Of a stretch of 35,826 nucleotides of DNA, positions 1 to 9,769 are shown in pieces. A program made the translations under genes and the position numbers. Source of the stretch: Pseudomonas phage PAE2. The notes beneath the pieces are model-generated. The model searched no databases. It was not told the DNA's origin and saw nothing but the letters and a program-made list of their open reading frames with translations. The stretch is taken from the sequence record OK041467.1. One strand, written 5' to 3'. Numbering within the stretch: the stretch's first letter is position 1; every line of letters begins with the position of its first letter.

Positions 1-1305
1 ATGGAAATCCGCGTACCTGAGAAGCTGGTTGATGCCTTCCTGGGTCAAGCGGACGTTCGTGGTGCATGGGGCGGTCGTGGGTCTGGCAAGACCGTAAGCT
101 TCGCCGAGATGATCGCTGTTCACGCCAGGCGCTTTGCTGAGGCTGGCATCACAGGCGTAATGCTCTGCGCCCGTCAGCATATGAACTCTATCAAAGAGTC
201 TTCGTTTGCTGAGATCAAGGCAGCGATCCTTGGCAATGACGATCTGCGCCCATGCTTTGAGGTGGGCGAGAACTTCATTCGCACGCGTGGCTTTGCTGGT
301 CGTGTCGACTTCATCTTCCGTGGCCTGAATGAGAACCTGGACAGCATCAAGTCCACGGCTCGCATTCTGATCTGCTGGATCGACGAGGCCGAGAACGTCA
401 GCGAGGATGCGTATATCAAGCTGATTCCCACGCTTCGTGCTGAGGATGAAGGCTGGAACGCTGAACTGTGGGTGACATGGAACCCTGAGCGTCGCAATAG
501 CCCAACTGACAAGCGCTTCAGGCAGTCGAAAGACCCGCTGATCAAGATCGTCGAACTCAACTGGCGTGACAACCCGTGGTTCCCTGAGAAGCTGAACCGC
601 GAGCGACTGCGCGACAAGGCCGAGCGCCCCGACGAGTACGACTGGATCTGGGAAGGCGCATACCGGGGCATTGTCCGTGGCGCTGTCTATGGCGATGAGA
701 TCAAGGCGCTCGATGCATCTGATCGTCTGACCCATGTCCCCTACGACAGGACCAAGCCGGTCCATATCTTCTGGGACTTGGGGCGCGCTGATAAGACAGC
801 GATCTGGTTCGCCCAGGTCATCCCGTTCGGGTTTGCGATCCTCGACTATTACGAGCAGTCCGGCAAAGCGCTGGACCACTTCGTGCGTGAACTCCAGTCG
901 AGGGGATATGCATACGGCGACTGCTGGCTACCTCACGACGCAGAGAACGAACTTCTCGCATCCCGGTTGACGGTTGCTCAACAACTGCGAGACGCCGGAT
1001 TCAAGGTGCGTATCGTCAAGAAGATCAGGGTGAGCGAGGGTATCAACGCTGCTCGCATGATCTTTGATCGGTGCTGGTTCGACCGGACCAAGACAGAGCA
1101 TGGCCTAGAGGCGCTCAGAAGCTATCGCTACGAGTACAACGAAGACCGCCAGGAATTCACTCGCGAGCCGATCCACGATTGGGCCTCGCATGGCGCCGAC
1201 GCATTCCGCTACCTCGCTATTGCCCTCAAGCATGACAGCGAGCCCAAGCAGCAAAAGACTAAGGCCAAGCCGCCCCGGGTGGGCGCTAACTCTTGGATGG
1301 CATGA
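1..1305 (+). CDS. terL: terminase large subunit (PBSX/Terminase_6-like)
   Basis: 434-aa ORF with Walker A GGRGSGKT at residues 24-31; 13-nt overlap with the downstream portal gene; the ATG is at window position 1, so the true start cannot be checked against upstream context. Confidence 0.8.
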   Translation: MEIRVPEKLVDAFLGQADVRGAWGGRGSGKTVSFAEMIAVHARRFAEAGITGVMLCARQHMNSIKESSFAEIKAAILGNDDLRPCFEVGENFIRTRGFAGRVDFIFRGLNENLDSIKSTARILICWIDEAENVSEDAYIKLIPTLRAEDEGWNAELWVTWNPERRNSPTDKRFRQSKDPLIKIVELNWRDNPWFPEKLNRERLRDKAERPDEYDWIWEGAYRGIVRGAVYGDEIKALDASDRLTHVPYDRTKPVHIFWDLGRADKTAIWFAQVIPFGFAILDYYEQSGKALDHFVRELQSRGYAYGDCWLPHDAENELLASRLTVAQQLRDAGFKVRIVKKIRVSEGINAARMIFDRCWFDRTKTEHGLEALRSYRYEYNEDRQEFTREPIHDWASHGADAFRYLAIALKHDSEPKQQKTKAKPPRVGANSWMA

Positions 1306-3368
1306 TGGCTGAGAAAGAAGACGAGATCGTTCAAGAGGCGAAGGAGCGGTTCAAGTACGCCCTGGACTTCGAAGACAGCTTCCGCAAGCTGTTCGTGGAT
1401 GATCTGAAGTTCTGCAACGCCGACAGCGACAACGGCTATCAGTGGCCGAATGACCTGCGAAAGAACCGTGAGATCGATGCTCGTCCGTGCCTGACGATCA
1501 ACAAGACCCGCCAGCACGTCCTGCTGATCACCAACGATGCAAAGCAGAACAAGCCTAGCGTCAAGGTTCAGGCAACTGGTGGTGACGCCACTTACGAAGC
1601 CGCCCAGGTCTTCGAAGGCGTTGTGCGTCACATCGAGTACATCAGCAATGCGCAGGATGCGTACGACACTGCGCTCGAGCACCAGGTGCAGGGTGGCGTC
1701 GGCTACTGGCGCGTCGTGACTGATTACGTCGACGATGATTCATTCGACCAGGACATCTTCATCAAGCGCGTGCGCGATCCGCTATGTGTGCTGATCGATC
1801 CCGACGCGAAAGAGGCAGACGCATCGGATGCCAAGTGGGGATTCGTCTTCGACAATCTCAAGAAGGAAGACTTCAAGCGGAAATATCCCAAGATCGAGGT
1901 GGGCAACGATGCGCCGCTCGGTGAGGGGTCTGATTGGGTCACTGAAGACCACGTTCGAGTGGCTGAATACTACCGTTGCGAGTATGTGAAGGATGAGTTG
2001 ATTGCGCTGCCTGTGCCTGATGAGTTTGGCGGCAGCACTATCCAGATGATCAAGGCCAGCGAAATGCCGGCGGACATCCTGAAGGCCATTCGCGGCGACG
2101 AAACAATCCAGCGTCGACCAATCCAGCGCAAGACCTGGAAGTGGTATTTGATTGCTGGCGGCAAGATCGTCGACAAGAAAGACTGGCCGGGCGATACGTT
2201 GCCCATCGTCAAGGCAGTCGGCGAAGAGATGATCATCGAGGGCAAGCTGGAGCGAAAGGGTCATGTCCGCAACCTGAAAGACCCTCAGCGGATGTACAAC
2301 TACTGGACCAGTTCGGCAGTTGAACAGGTCGCGCTCCAGGGTAAGCAGCCATACATCGCTGCCGCAGAAGCCATCGAGGGCTTCGAGAACTACTACGAGA
2401 CGGCCAACGTCCAGAACTACAGCTATCTGCCGTACAACGGTGTGGACGAGCAGGGCAACCAGATTCCCCCGCCCGCCCGAGAACAGCCGCCCGTAATGGC
2501 TGCTGCGTACATCAACGGCATGCAGATAGCTGGTGAAGAGATGAAGATGGTGTCCGGGCAGTATGACCCGGCACAGGGCGACAATCCGCTCGACCAGTCA
2601 GGCGTTGCTATCCGGATGCAGCAGCGCAAGAGCGACGGCGCGACGTATCAGTACACCGACAACCTCGCGAAGGCCGTGCGGCGCACAGGAAAGATACTGA
2701 TCGACCTGATCCCGAAGATCTATGACACCAAGCGAGTGATCAGGATCCTCGCCGAGGATGGCACTGAGTCTGAAGTGACTATCGACCCTGATCTGCAACA
2801 GCCAATGGTCGAAGAGCAGGGCCCGGACGAAACGGTTAACCGCATCTTCAACCCAAGCGTTGGCAAGTACGACGTAATTGCGGACACCGGCCCGAGCTAT
2901 GCAACGCGTCGCGACGAGGCTTTCGAAGCCATGTCGATGATGATGCAGAGCGATCCTGAGTTCAAAACGGTCGCCGGCGATCTGTACTTCCGCACCGCGA
3001 ACTTCCCGATGGCAGAGGAGCTTGCTGAGCGGTTCTCCAGGCTGATACCCGACAACATCAAGGGCGAAGGTCCGCCGCCAGAACTGGTACAGGCTCAGCA
3101 GACCATCGAGCAACTACAAGGGCAGCTCAGCGAGTCTCTGCGCGCCCTGGCTGATCTCCAGCGGGACATGAACGACAAGTCCGACTCGAACAAAATCAAC
3201 GAGTACAAGGCGATCACAGAGCGCATGGACAAGCTGCTTGCACACATCGAGGCAGGCAACCCGGCACTCAATATGGACATTCTGGCCCAGACCGAAGTCG
3301 CAGCCTCGCAAGACCCCATGCCCATCCCTGAAACCGCGCCTGACGTTGGCGCACAGCCATTAATGTGA
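1293..3368 (+). CDS. portal protein (P22 gp1-like)
   Basis: 691 aa; the segment QGGVGYWRVVTDYVDDD resembles the P22 portal segment EAGVGAWRLVTDYEDQS as recalled from memory; size and position after terL fit. Confidence 0.85.
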   Translation: MDGMMAEKEDEIVQEAKERFKYALDFEDSFRKLFVDDLKFCNADSDNGYQWPNDLRKNREIDARPCLTINKTRQHVLLITNDAKQNKPSVKVQATGGDATYEAAQVFEGVVRHIEYISNAQDAYDTALEHQVQGGVGYWRVVTDYVDDDSFDQDIFIKRVRDPLCVLIDPDAKEADASDAKWGFVFDNLKKEDFKRKYPKIEVGNDAPLGEGSDWVTEDHVRVAEYYRCEYVKDELIALPVPDEFGGSTIQMIKASEMPADILKAIRGDETIQRRPIQRKTWKWYLIAGGKIVDKKDWPGDTLPIVKAVGEEMIIEGKLERKGHVRNLKDPQRMYNYWTSSAVEQVALQGKQPYIAAAEAIEGFENYYETANVQNYSYLPYNGVDEQGNQIPPPAREQPPVMAAAYINGMQIAGEEMKMVSGQYDPAQGDNPLDQSGVAIRMQQRKSDGATYQYTDNLAKAVRRTGKILIDLIPKIYDTKRVIRILAEDGTESEVTIDPDLQQPMVEEQGPDETVNRIFNPSVGKYDVIADTGPSYATRRDEAFEAMSMMMQSDPEFKTVAGDLYFRTANFPMAEELAERFSRLIPDNIKGEGPPPELVQAQQTIEQLQGQLSESLRALADLQRDMNDKSDSNKINEYKAITERMDKLLAHIEAGNPALNMDILAQTEVAASQDPMPIPETAPDVGAQPLM

Positions 3369-3375
3369 GGTGCAT

Positions 3376-3708
3376 ATGACCAACTATCTTGGCGTCGATA
3401 CCGACGAGGCAAAACTGAGCAGCCTGAGCGTCGCTGGCGCTACTCCGTTGACCAAGCTTCGGGTCGCTGCTGTCTCGTTTACCCCTGCCGCGACCGCTGC
3501 GACTTCTGCTGTTGAGCAAACCGTCACCGTTGCGGGTGCCGTTGTAGGTGACGCCGTATCGGTCACGCCTCCTGGGACTACTGCCGGTGTAGCGGTGGCG
3601 AGTGCGCGTGTCAGCGCAGCAAACACCGTTGCAGTGATGTTCGTGAACCCCACGGCTGGCTCCCTGACCGCGCCGGCTGGCAGTTACGTATTCCTGCTCG
3701 CACGCTAA
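3376..3708 (+). CDS. hypothetical Ala/Thr/Val-rich small head-module protein
   Basis: ATG at 3376 with TGAGG 5 nt upstream (GTG at 3370 is also in frame); 110 aa of low-complexity A/T/V-rich sequence; followed by a strong intrinsic terminator. Confidence 0.5.
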   Translation: MTNYLGVDTDEAKLSSLSVAGATPLTKLRVAAVSFTPAATAATSAVEQTVTVAGAVVGDAVSVTPPGTTAGVAVASARVSAANTVAVMFVNPTAGSLTAPAGSYVFLLAR

Positions 3709-3726
3709 CCACACCAAATCCAACCA

Positions 3727-3750
3727 AGCCCGCCTCGCGCGGGCTTTTTC
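3727..3750 (+). terminator. rho-independent terminator
   Basis: Stem AGCCCGC (3727-3733), loop CTCGC, stem GCGGGCT (3739-3745), then TTTTT. Confidence 0.6.
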
Positions 3751-3795
3751 ATTCCCGACTTCCGGCGGAACCGGATGCATATCTTGGAGTGATCC

Positions 3796-4542
3796 ATGAC
3801 TGAAGAAGTGATTGACGTAGCAGTTGAGCCAACTGGACAGGAAGTCGAACCGGCGCAAGAGGCCGACATCAGCAGCACCGATCAGGCCGCGGTGCAGGAA
3901 GCGGAGCAGCAGGAACAGCAAGAAGAACCGAAGGCGAAGAAGCCTGATGCCTGGGTTCAGAAACGCATCGACCAGTTGACCCGCGAGAAGTACGAAGAAC
4001 GGCGCAGAACCGAGGCGCTACAGCAAGAAAACGAGACCTATCGGCGCCTGCTTGAGGCCCAGAAGGACGGCGAAAAGATCGAGTTGCCGACGCAACATAA
4101 GTCCGATCAAGACCCGTACGAACTGGCAAAGCAGATCCGCCGCCAGGAAGAGTTCAATGACCGCTGTAACAAGGCCTACGAGCAAGGCAAGACCGAGTTC
4201 GCCGACTTTGATGACAGCATCAAGAACCTCCAACTCCTGGGCCAGATCCCGCAAGACTTCCTTGAAGCCGTAACCGAGCTTGAGAAGCCCCATGCGGTGC
4301 TCTATGCCCTCGCGCAGGACCTCGACAACGCTGCACGCATCCTCTCCCTGCCACCCGTTCAGCAGGGCCGCGAACTTGAGCGCATTGCGCTGAAGGCCGC
4401 TGCCCCGAAAACCAAACCTGTATCCAAAGCTCCCGCCCCGATTGCCCCTATTGATGGCTCTCCGTCTGTCGAAGCAGATCCGACGAAGATGTCCATGGAT
4501 CAGTGGGTGAAGTGGCGCGAGTCACAACTTGCCCAGAGGTAA
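3796..4542 (+). CDS. scaffolding protein
   Basis: 248 aa, very acidic, Gln/Glu-rich with coiled-coil character; located between portal and coat as in P22; GGAG RBS. Confidence 0.6.
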   Translation: MTEEVIDVAVEPTGQEVEPAQEADISSTDQAAVQEAEQQEQQEEPKAKKPDAWVQKRIDQLTREKYEERRRTEALQQENETYRRLLEAQKDGEKIELPTQHKSDQDPYELAKQIRRQEEFNDRCNKAYEQGKTEFADFDDSIKNLQLLGQIPQDFLEAVTELEKPHAVLYALAQDLDNAARILSLPPVQQGRELERIALKAAAPKTKPVSKAPAPIAPIDGSPSVEADPTKMSMDQWVKWRESQLAQR

Positions 4543-4548
4543 TGCCAG

Positions 4549-5748
4549 ATGGCCAACTCCCTTCTGACGATCGACATGATCACTCGCGAGGCTCTGCGCC
4601 TCTTCATCAACTCCAATGCCTTCCTGAAGAACGTGGATCGTCAGTATGACGACCAGTTCGCCCGCACCGGCGCCAAGATCGGCGACACCCTGCGTATCCG
4701 CCTGCCGAACGACTACACCGTTCGTACCGGCAAGACGGCTTCGATTCAGGACACCGTCGAGCAGAATCGTTCGCTCACCGTCTCTACCCAGCAGGGTGTG
4801 GACCTGAGCTTCAGTTCTGCGGAGCGCGCTTTGAAGCTGGACGACTTCAGCGACCGCGTACTGCGCCCGGCTATGAACAACCTGGCTGGCGCTGTCGCTC
4901 TGTCGCTGATGGGCAACGCCGAAAGCGTCAGCAACATGATCTTCAAGGACAACGGATCGGGCGGTATCGCTACTCCCGATGCATCGACCTGGCTGCTGGC
5001 CGGCGCCAAGCTGGACAACAACAGCGCGCCGCGTGATCGCCGCAAGATCATGCTGGACCCGCTGACCCAGGCTCGTACCGTTTCGTCCCTGGCAGGCCTG
5101 TTCAACCCCCAGCAGAAGATCTCCGGCCAGTTCTCGACCGGCGAGATGTCGCGCGACACCCTCGGCTTCGACTGGTACATGGATCAGACCGTGCTTAAGC
5201 GCACCAACGGCACCTTCACTGCGGGCACCGTGAACGGCGCTGGCCAGACTGGCACCACCCTGACCACCAACGCCATCACTGGCACCTTGAACAAAGGCGA
5301 CGTGATCACCATCGCCGGCGTTCTGGCCGTGAACCGCGTAACCAAGCAGTCGACCGGTGAGCTTCAACAGTTCGTCGTGACTGCCAACGTTGCGTCTGGC
5401 GCCACTTCGATCCCGATCTACCCGGCGATCACCCCCGGCAACGTGGCGTATGCCACCGTTACCGCTTCGCCGGCAAACGGTGCCGCGCTGACCCTGATCG
5501 GCGGCGCTGGCGTGACCTTCCGGAAGAACCTGGCGTACTACCCGGAAGCATTCACTCTGGCCACCGCTGACCTGGAACTGCCGCGTGGCGTGCATGAGGC
5601 ATCGCGTCAGGTGTATGACGGCATCAGCATGCGTGCTGTAACCGCGTACAACGTGAACAGCGATGATTTCATCACTCGTCTGGACATCCTGTACGGGCAC
5701 ACCACGCTGCGCCCCGAATGGGGTGTTGCTGTGGCAGACGTCCTCTAA
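4549..5748 (+). CDS. major capsid (coat) protein
   Basis: 399 aa; position after the scaffold gene; followed by the strongest terminator in the window (12-bp GC stem); GAGG RBS. Confidence 0.7.
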   Translation: MANSLLTIDMITREALRLFINSNAFLKNVDRQYDDQFARTGAKIGDTLRIRLPNDYTVRTGKTASIQDTVEQNRSLTVSTQQGVDLSFSSAERALKLDDFSDRVLRPAMNNLAGAVALSLMGNAESVSNMIFKDNGSGGIATPDASTWLLAGAKLDNNSAPRDRRKIMLDPLTQARTVSSLAGLFNPQQKISGQFSTGEMSRDTLGFDWYMDQTVLKRTNGTFTAGTVNGAGQTGTTLTTNAITGTLNKGDVITIAGVLAVNRVTKQSTGELQQFVVTANVASGATSIPIYPAITPGNVAYATVTASPANGAALTLIGGAGVTFRKNLAYYPEAFTLATADLELPRGVHEASRQVYDGISMRAVTAYNVNSDDFITRLDILYGHTTLRPEWGVAVADVL

Positions 5749-5760
5749 CTGGGGCGAGCG

Positions 5761-5792
5761 ACAAAGGGCCCTTCGGGGCCCTTGTCGTTTCT
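5761..5792 (+). terminator. rho-independent terminator after coat gene
   Basis: GACAAAGGGCCC-TTCG-GGGCCCTTGTC hairpin followed by GTTTCT. Confidence 0.7.
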
Positions 5793-5802
5793 GGAGGTTC
5801 GA

Positions 5803-6030
5803 ATGTTCCAAGAATTTCCGAAATGGAAGTACAGCGTAAGCGGCAGCCAGATTGTCCAGGACGCCGCAGAGGAGCTTTCCCTTGGATCGGGATGGTTCGA
5901 CACACCTGAGGCTGCAATCCAGCCTTCGACGCTCACCAAGGATCAACTGCTGGCCCTCGCAGAAGAGAAGGGCGTGAAAGTCGACAAGCGCTGGAGCGCT
6001 GAGAAGATTTCCGCAGCCCTTGAGGCCTGA
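5803..6030 (+). CDS. small head protein with C-terminal HeH/Rho-N-like motif
   Basis: GGAGG RBS 6 nt upstream of ATG 5803; the C-terminal segment TKDQLLALAEEKGVKVDKRWSAEKISAALEA resembles a HeH DNA-binding motif. Confidence 0.5.
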   Translation: MFQEFPKWKYSVSGSQIVQDAAEELSLGSGWFDTPEAAIQPSTLTKDQLLALAEEKGVKVDKRWSAEKISAALEA

Positions 6031-6032
6031 CC

Positions 6033-6749
6033 ATGACGACCCCGAACGATCTGATCATCCTCGCCCTGAAGCAGGCAAACGTGCTTGGGGTCGGGCAGTC
6101 CGCCTCCGCTGAAGACATTCAGGATTGTTTTGCGCTGCTGAACATGATGCTCGCGCAATGGAATCGGCGTCGCTATGCGATCTATCACTTGAAAACGGTG
6201 AACATTGCATGCGATGGGAGTCAGTCGTACACCATTGGCCCGGGAGGCGATATTGATACGACTCGACCGAACAAGATCGAGTCCGCTTATTTCCGCCAGA
6301 TCATCACGTCTCCACCGAACCAGATCGATTACCCGCTGGAGATCATCCGTGCCCGCGAGGACTACGACCGTATCTATTTGAAGGATATGCAGTCGTTCCC
6401 GCAGTACCTGTTCTATGACTCGGATTATCCACTGGGGAACGTCTTCGTTTGGCCCATCCCGGACAACCAGTATCGGTTGTTCCTTACCGTGATGGAGCCA
6501 TTGCAGGTCTTCTCGACGGTATACGACGAGATTGAGCTTCCGCCGGAGTATCAGGAAGCGATCATGTACAACCTTGCGCTTCGTATCTACCCCATGTACG
6601 GCCTGCCTGTGAACGATGCCGTCGTACAGCTTGCCAAGGCCTCCATGAACATCCTGGAGGCGTCGAATGTGCAAGTGCCTAGGCTGAAAGTCCCAGGTTC
6701 GCTCACCCGGGGCGGCGTCTACAACCCCTATGCGGATCGTGTCCGGTGA
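6033..6749 (+). CDS. head-to-tail adaptor / tail accessory factor (P22 gp4-like)
   Basis: N-terminal NDLIILALKQANVLGVGQSASAEDIQDCFALLNMMLAQW resembles recalled P22 gp4 (GDLVRAALRKLGVASDAT...QDAVDDLEAMMAEW); position after coat. Confidence 0.6.
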   Translation: MTTPNDLIILALKQANVLGVGQSASAEDIQDCFALLNMMLAQWNRRRYAIYHLKTVNIACDGSQSYTIGPGGDIDTTRPNKIESAYFRQIITSPPNQIDYPLEIIRAREDYDRIYLKDMQSFPQYLFYDSDYPLGNVFVWPIPDNQYRLFLTVMEPLQVFSTVYDEIELPPEYQEAIMYNLALRIYPMYGLPVNDAVVQLAKASMNILEASNVQVPRLKVPGSLTRGGVYNPYADRVR

Positions 6750-8167
6750 AGTTCCCTCTTACCCAGGGCGCCTACGAGGCGCGCAGCGTCATTGCTAACG
6801 CACAGCGCTGCCTGAACCTATTCCCCGAGTCGAATACTGACGATGCGCCGTTCCCGATGACGCATTACACGACTCCAGGGCTTCTCCTGAAAGGGATTGC
6901 GCCGAGCGGCGACGGGTGGAGATGCCTGTACGCAGCAAACAACGGGAATCTGTACGGTGTCGCCGGAGAAAAGGTCTACCGGATCAAGCCGGACTTCACC
7001 TTCACTGAGCTAGGCTCGATCCTGTACAGCACTGGCCCTGTCTATGCCGTGGACAATGGCATCTATGTGCTGATGGTTGACGGTACCCTGAATGGGTACA
7101 CGATCAAGCTCAACACAGACGAGTTCGCGACTATCTCATCGTCTGCTTTCTACGGTTCGTCCAGGGTCGATCTTGCGGATGACTACCTCCTGCTCAATCG
7201 GCCAGGAACCAACCAGTGGTACATCTCGAAATTCCAGGCTGTCGAGTTCGATGCGCTTGATTTCGCCGCGAAAACTGGATTTTCGGACAACGTAGTTGCT
7301 GTAGCGGCGGCGAAACGACAGGTATTCGTCTTCGGCGAACTGACCACAGAGGTCTGGTTCAACGAAGGCAACACGGATTTCACGTTTAGCCGCATGCCTG
7401 GCGCGTTCATTCAGCACGGGTGCGCCGCTGTTGGAAGCATTCAACAAATGGACGGCTCGCTGTACTGGCTGAGCCGCAGCCCGCAAGGACATTGCGTATT
7501 CGTGCGTTCCGTTAACTACGAGGCCGCACGGATCTCCACTCATGCTATCGAGCAGGAAATCAGCAAATACGCCCGGATCGATGATGCCATTGCATACACC
7601 TATCAGCAGGAGGGGCACTTCTTCTATGTCGTGACGTTCCCGACTGCCGACAAGACGTGGGTCTACGACGTAGCAACTCAGTTATGGCATGAGCGTGCAT
7701 GGCTGGACGAGTTTGGCAAAGAGCATCGCCATCGGAGTAACTGCCATGCGTTTTGGCAGGGGATGACTCTTGTAGGCGATTGGGAAAACGGCAACCTCTA
7801 CGAGATGCGCCCTGACGTGTATCAGGACAACGGCGAGCCGATCCGGCGCGTTCGATCCTTCCCGCACATGTTGAGCGACTCTAACCGTGTCATGTATCGC
7901 GAACTGATCGCTGCAATGCAGGTTGGTGAGGGGCGCCCAGATAGCTTCGAGTCTGGTGAGCTTAGGTTGCGCTGGAGCGATACCGGAGGCGCCAGCTGGG
8001 GGAGTTCGATCAGTAGCGAACTTGGACCGCGCGGCGATCACATCCGATCTCTTCAGTTCCAGCGGCTCGGCTATGCCAGAGATCGAGTCTTCGAACTGTC
8101 ATGGATGGCCAACACAAAGACCGCGCTGAATGGCGTCTTCCTGCGCGTTGAAGAGGCCAACGAATGA
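6746..8167 (+). CDS. tail hub / packaged-DNA stabilisation protein (P22 gp10-like)
   Basis: GTG start overlapping the upstream stop (GTGA); 473 aa versus 472 aa for gp10; motif similarity is loose (YGVAGEKVYRI versus YRVCGGKLY). Confidence 0.5.
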   Translation: MKFPLTQGAYEARSVIANAQRCLNLFPESNTDDAPFPMTHYTTPGLLLKGIAPSGDGWRCLYAANNGNLYGVAGEKVYRIKPDFTFTELGSILYSTGPVYAVDNGIYVLMVDGTLNGYTIKLNTDEFATISSSAFYGSSRVDLADDYLLLNRPGTNQWYISKFQAVEFDALDFAAKTGFSDNVVAVAAAKRQVFVFGELTTEVWFNEGNTDFTFSRMPGAFIQHGCAAVGSIQQMDGSLYWLSRSPQGHCVFVRSVNYEAARISTHAIEQEISKYARIDDAIAYTYQQEGHFFYVVTFPTADKTWVYDVATQLWHERAWLDEFGKEHRHRSNCHAFWQGMTLVGDWENGNLYEMRPDVYQDNGEPIRRVRSFPHMLSDSNRVMYRELIAAMQVGEGRPDSFESGELRLRWSDTGGASWGSSISSELGPRGDHIRSLQFQRLGYARDRVFELSWMANTKTALNGVFLRVEEANE

Positions 8168-9036
8168 TGGACGTGAAGGCCAACATTCCAGAGTTCAACA
8201 CCCCATTCATTGGCCAGGACGGGCGAGTTAATTATGTCTGGTGGCAGTTTCTGCTGAAGCTATGGACGCGCACTGGAGGGACGTCTGGGAATGATGGCAG
8301 CGCGTCCCTAAATCTCATCAGGGCGCTCGAGGGAAGTGCAGCATCTGCCATCGCCTTTCAGGTCTATCCTGCCAATTCTCCGGCTCCAGACGGCCAGGTT
8401 TCGCGCCTGCCTAAGCCTTCTGTGGTCGTACCGGACCAGGCGGTCTATCAACATGGGATACATGACGCTGGAGATCTGCATGCCGCTGTGACGGCTTCTA
8501 AGAACGGATTCATGACGTCGGGTGACAAGTCCAAATTGGACAGTTTCCCTAATATTGCGCCTGTGGCGTTGACTGCTGACGCGACCATCGTCAACAGCAC
8601 GGCTGATGGGAACATTCTGCAACTGACTGCTCCGGCCAGCAGCCTGTCCGCCGGCTCGACCATTGGCGGACGCCTCTATGCCCTTGTTAGCTCGGCGGCT
8701 GCAACCGGAACATTGAGCGTCTGGATCAAGATCGGCGCGACAAAAGTAATCACGCAGACATTCACAATGCCCGCCCTGGGGCAGACAAACACAGGCATGT
8801 CTTACTACTTCACTGCCTCTGTGCGTACCACGGGCGCATCAGGGACGATCCAGCTATCTGCACTAATGACATCGAACGGTAACGCTCTGAATGCCGGGCC
8901 TGTCGTCTCGACTGCAAGCGCAACCATCAATACAACGATTTCTAACACGTTCACCCTAGGCTGGAACTGGAGCGTCGCCAACGCTGCAAACAGTGCCACC
9001 GCGAAGAACGCTGTCCTGAGCCAGGAGAAGCTATGA
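8164..9036 (+). CDS. tail fibre-like protein with phage tail-fibre repeat
   Basis: ATGA overlap with the upstream stop; NGFMTSGDKSKLD matches the Phage_fiber_2 repeat signature (G-L/F-M-S..DK.KLD). Confidence 0.5.
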   Translation: MMDVKANIPEFNTPFIGQDGRVNYVWWQFLLKLWTRTGGTSGNDGSASLNLIRALEGSAASAIAFQVYPANSPAPDGQVSRLPKPSVVVPDQAVYQHGIHDAGDLHAAVTASKNGFMTSGDKSKLDSFPNIAPVALTADATIVNSTADGNILQLTAPASSLSAGSTIGGRLYALVSSAAATGTLSVWIKIGATKVITQTFTMPALGQTNTGMSYYFTASVRTTGASGTIQLSALMTSNGNALNAGPVVSTASATINTTISNTFTLGWNWSVANAANSATAKNAVLSQEKL

Positions 9037-9365
9037 GTCTCACCTACAGCGAAATGATTCGTGGGCAGTTGCTCACGGCAACTCCGACCTCTTACTACAG
9101 CGCGCCGACCAACGCGTCGGCATCCATCCAGGCGGTAACGGCGAATAATCCAACTGGCGCCGCAGTGGTTGTTGACCTGTACAAGGTCCCATCCGGCTCT
9201 GCGGCAGATGGGACGACCAAAATTGCCTCGCGTACCGTGCCTGCTGGAACGACCGTCACCCTGTTCGATGCGCTGAACCATAAGCTCCAGTCTGGGACCG
9301 CTCTGTTTGCGGCGGGTAATGGTTGCGGCCTGAACGTTTCAGGCGTCGAGTACATCCCAGAATGA
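9033..9365 (+). CDS. hypothetical virion protein
   Basis: 110-aa ORF with ATGA coupling to its neighbours inside the tail module. Confidence 0.45.
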   Translation: MSLTYSEMIRGQLLTATPTSYYSAPTNASASIQAVTANNPTGAAVVVDLYKVPSGSAADGTTKIASRTVPAGTTVTLFDALNHKLQSGTALFAAGNGCGLNVSGVEYIPE

Positions 9366-9769
9366 TCGCATCGCCTGATTTCGTCAGGCAGATCATTACC
9401 CATCCGGAAGTGTGGCCGCATCTCTCGGAAGATGGGGATGACCCAGCCTGTTTTGAGCCAGCGGACGCGATCTACTTCCGCTATGCCAACTTCGGTTTCG
9501 TCGAGTTCCGAGCATGTGGGCGCCACTGGTACCAGGCGCACATCGCGATGCTTCGGGGCACTCCGCGCGTGCAGTCATTCGCCCGGTTGTGTATGGAGAT
9601 CATGCGCCGAGATCACGGCGCGCTGGCATTTACTGGCTTCATCCCGGCAACCAACCGGGCAGCACTAATCAATGCCCTGCGCTGCGGGTTTAGCGAAGAG
9701 GGCAGGATGAAAAACGTTTTCCTCAAGAACGGCCAACTGGTCGATATGGTTGTCATGGGAGCCAGATAA
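9362..9769 (+). CDS. hypothetical protein
   Basis: ATG 9362 overlaps the upstream stop (ATGA); the longer ORF from 9323 is Arg-rich and overlaps the upstream gene; only weak GNAT-like tail pattern (GF.EEG...G...D), not claimed. Confidence 0.4.
   Translation: MIASPDFVRQIITHPEVWPHLSEDGDDPACFEPADAIYFRYANFGFVEFRACGRHWYQAHIAMLRGTPRVQSFARLCMEIMRRDHGALAFTGFIPATNRAALINALRCGFSEEGRMKNVFLKNGQLVDMVVMGAR

Noticed and set aside
174-671. 165-aa minus-strand ORF inside terL; similar antisense ORFs at 1209-1682, 4522-5946, 5943-6674, 10012-10584, 14624-15385, 27180-27545 and 32568-33080
   Set aside because: They are fully antisense to well-supported genes and Arg/Ser/Gly-rich as expected from high-GC antisense frames; they have no RBS and do not fit the operon structure.
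9362-9769. GNAT acetyltransferase call for the 135-aa tail-module protein
   Set aside because: Only the C-terminal GF..EG...G...D pattern is GNAT-like. The diagnostic R/Q-x-x-G-x-G/A acetyl-CoA motif is absent.
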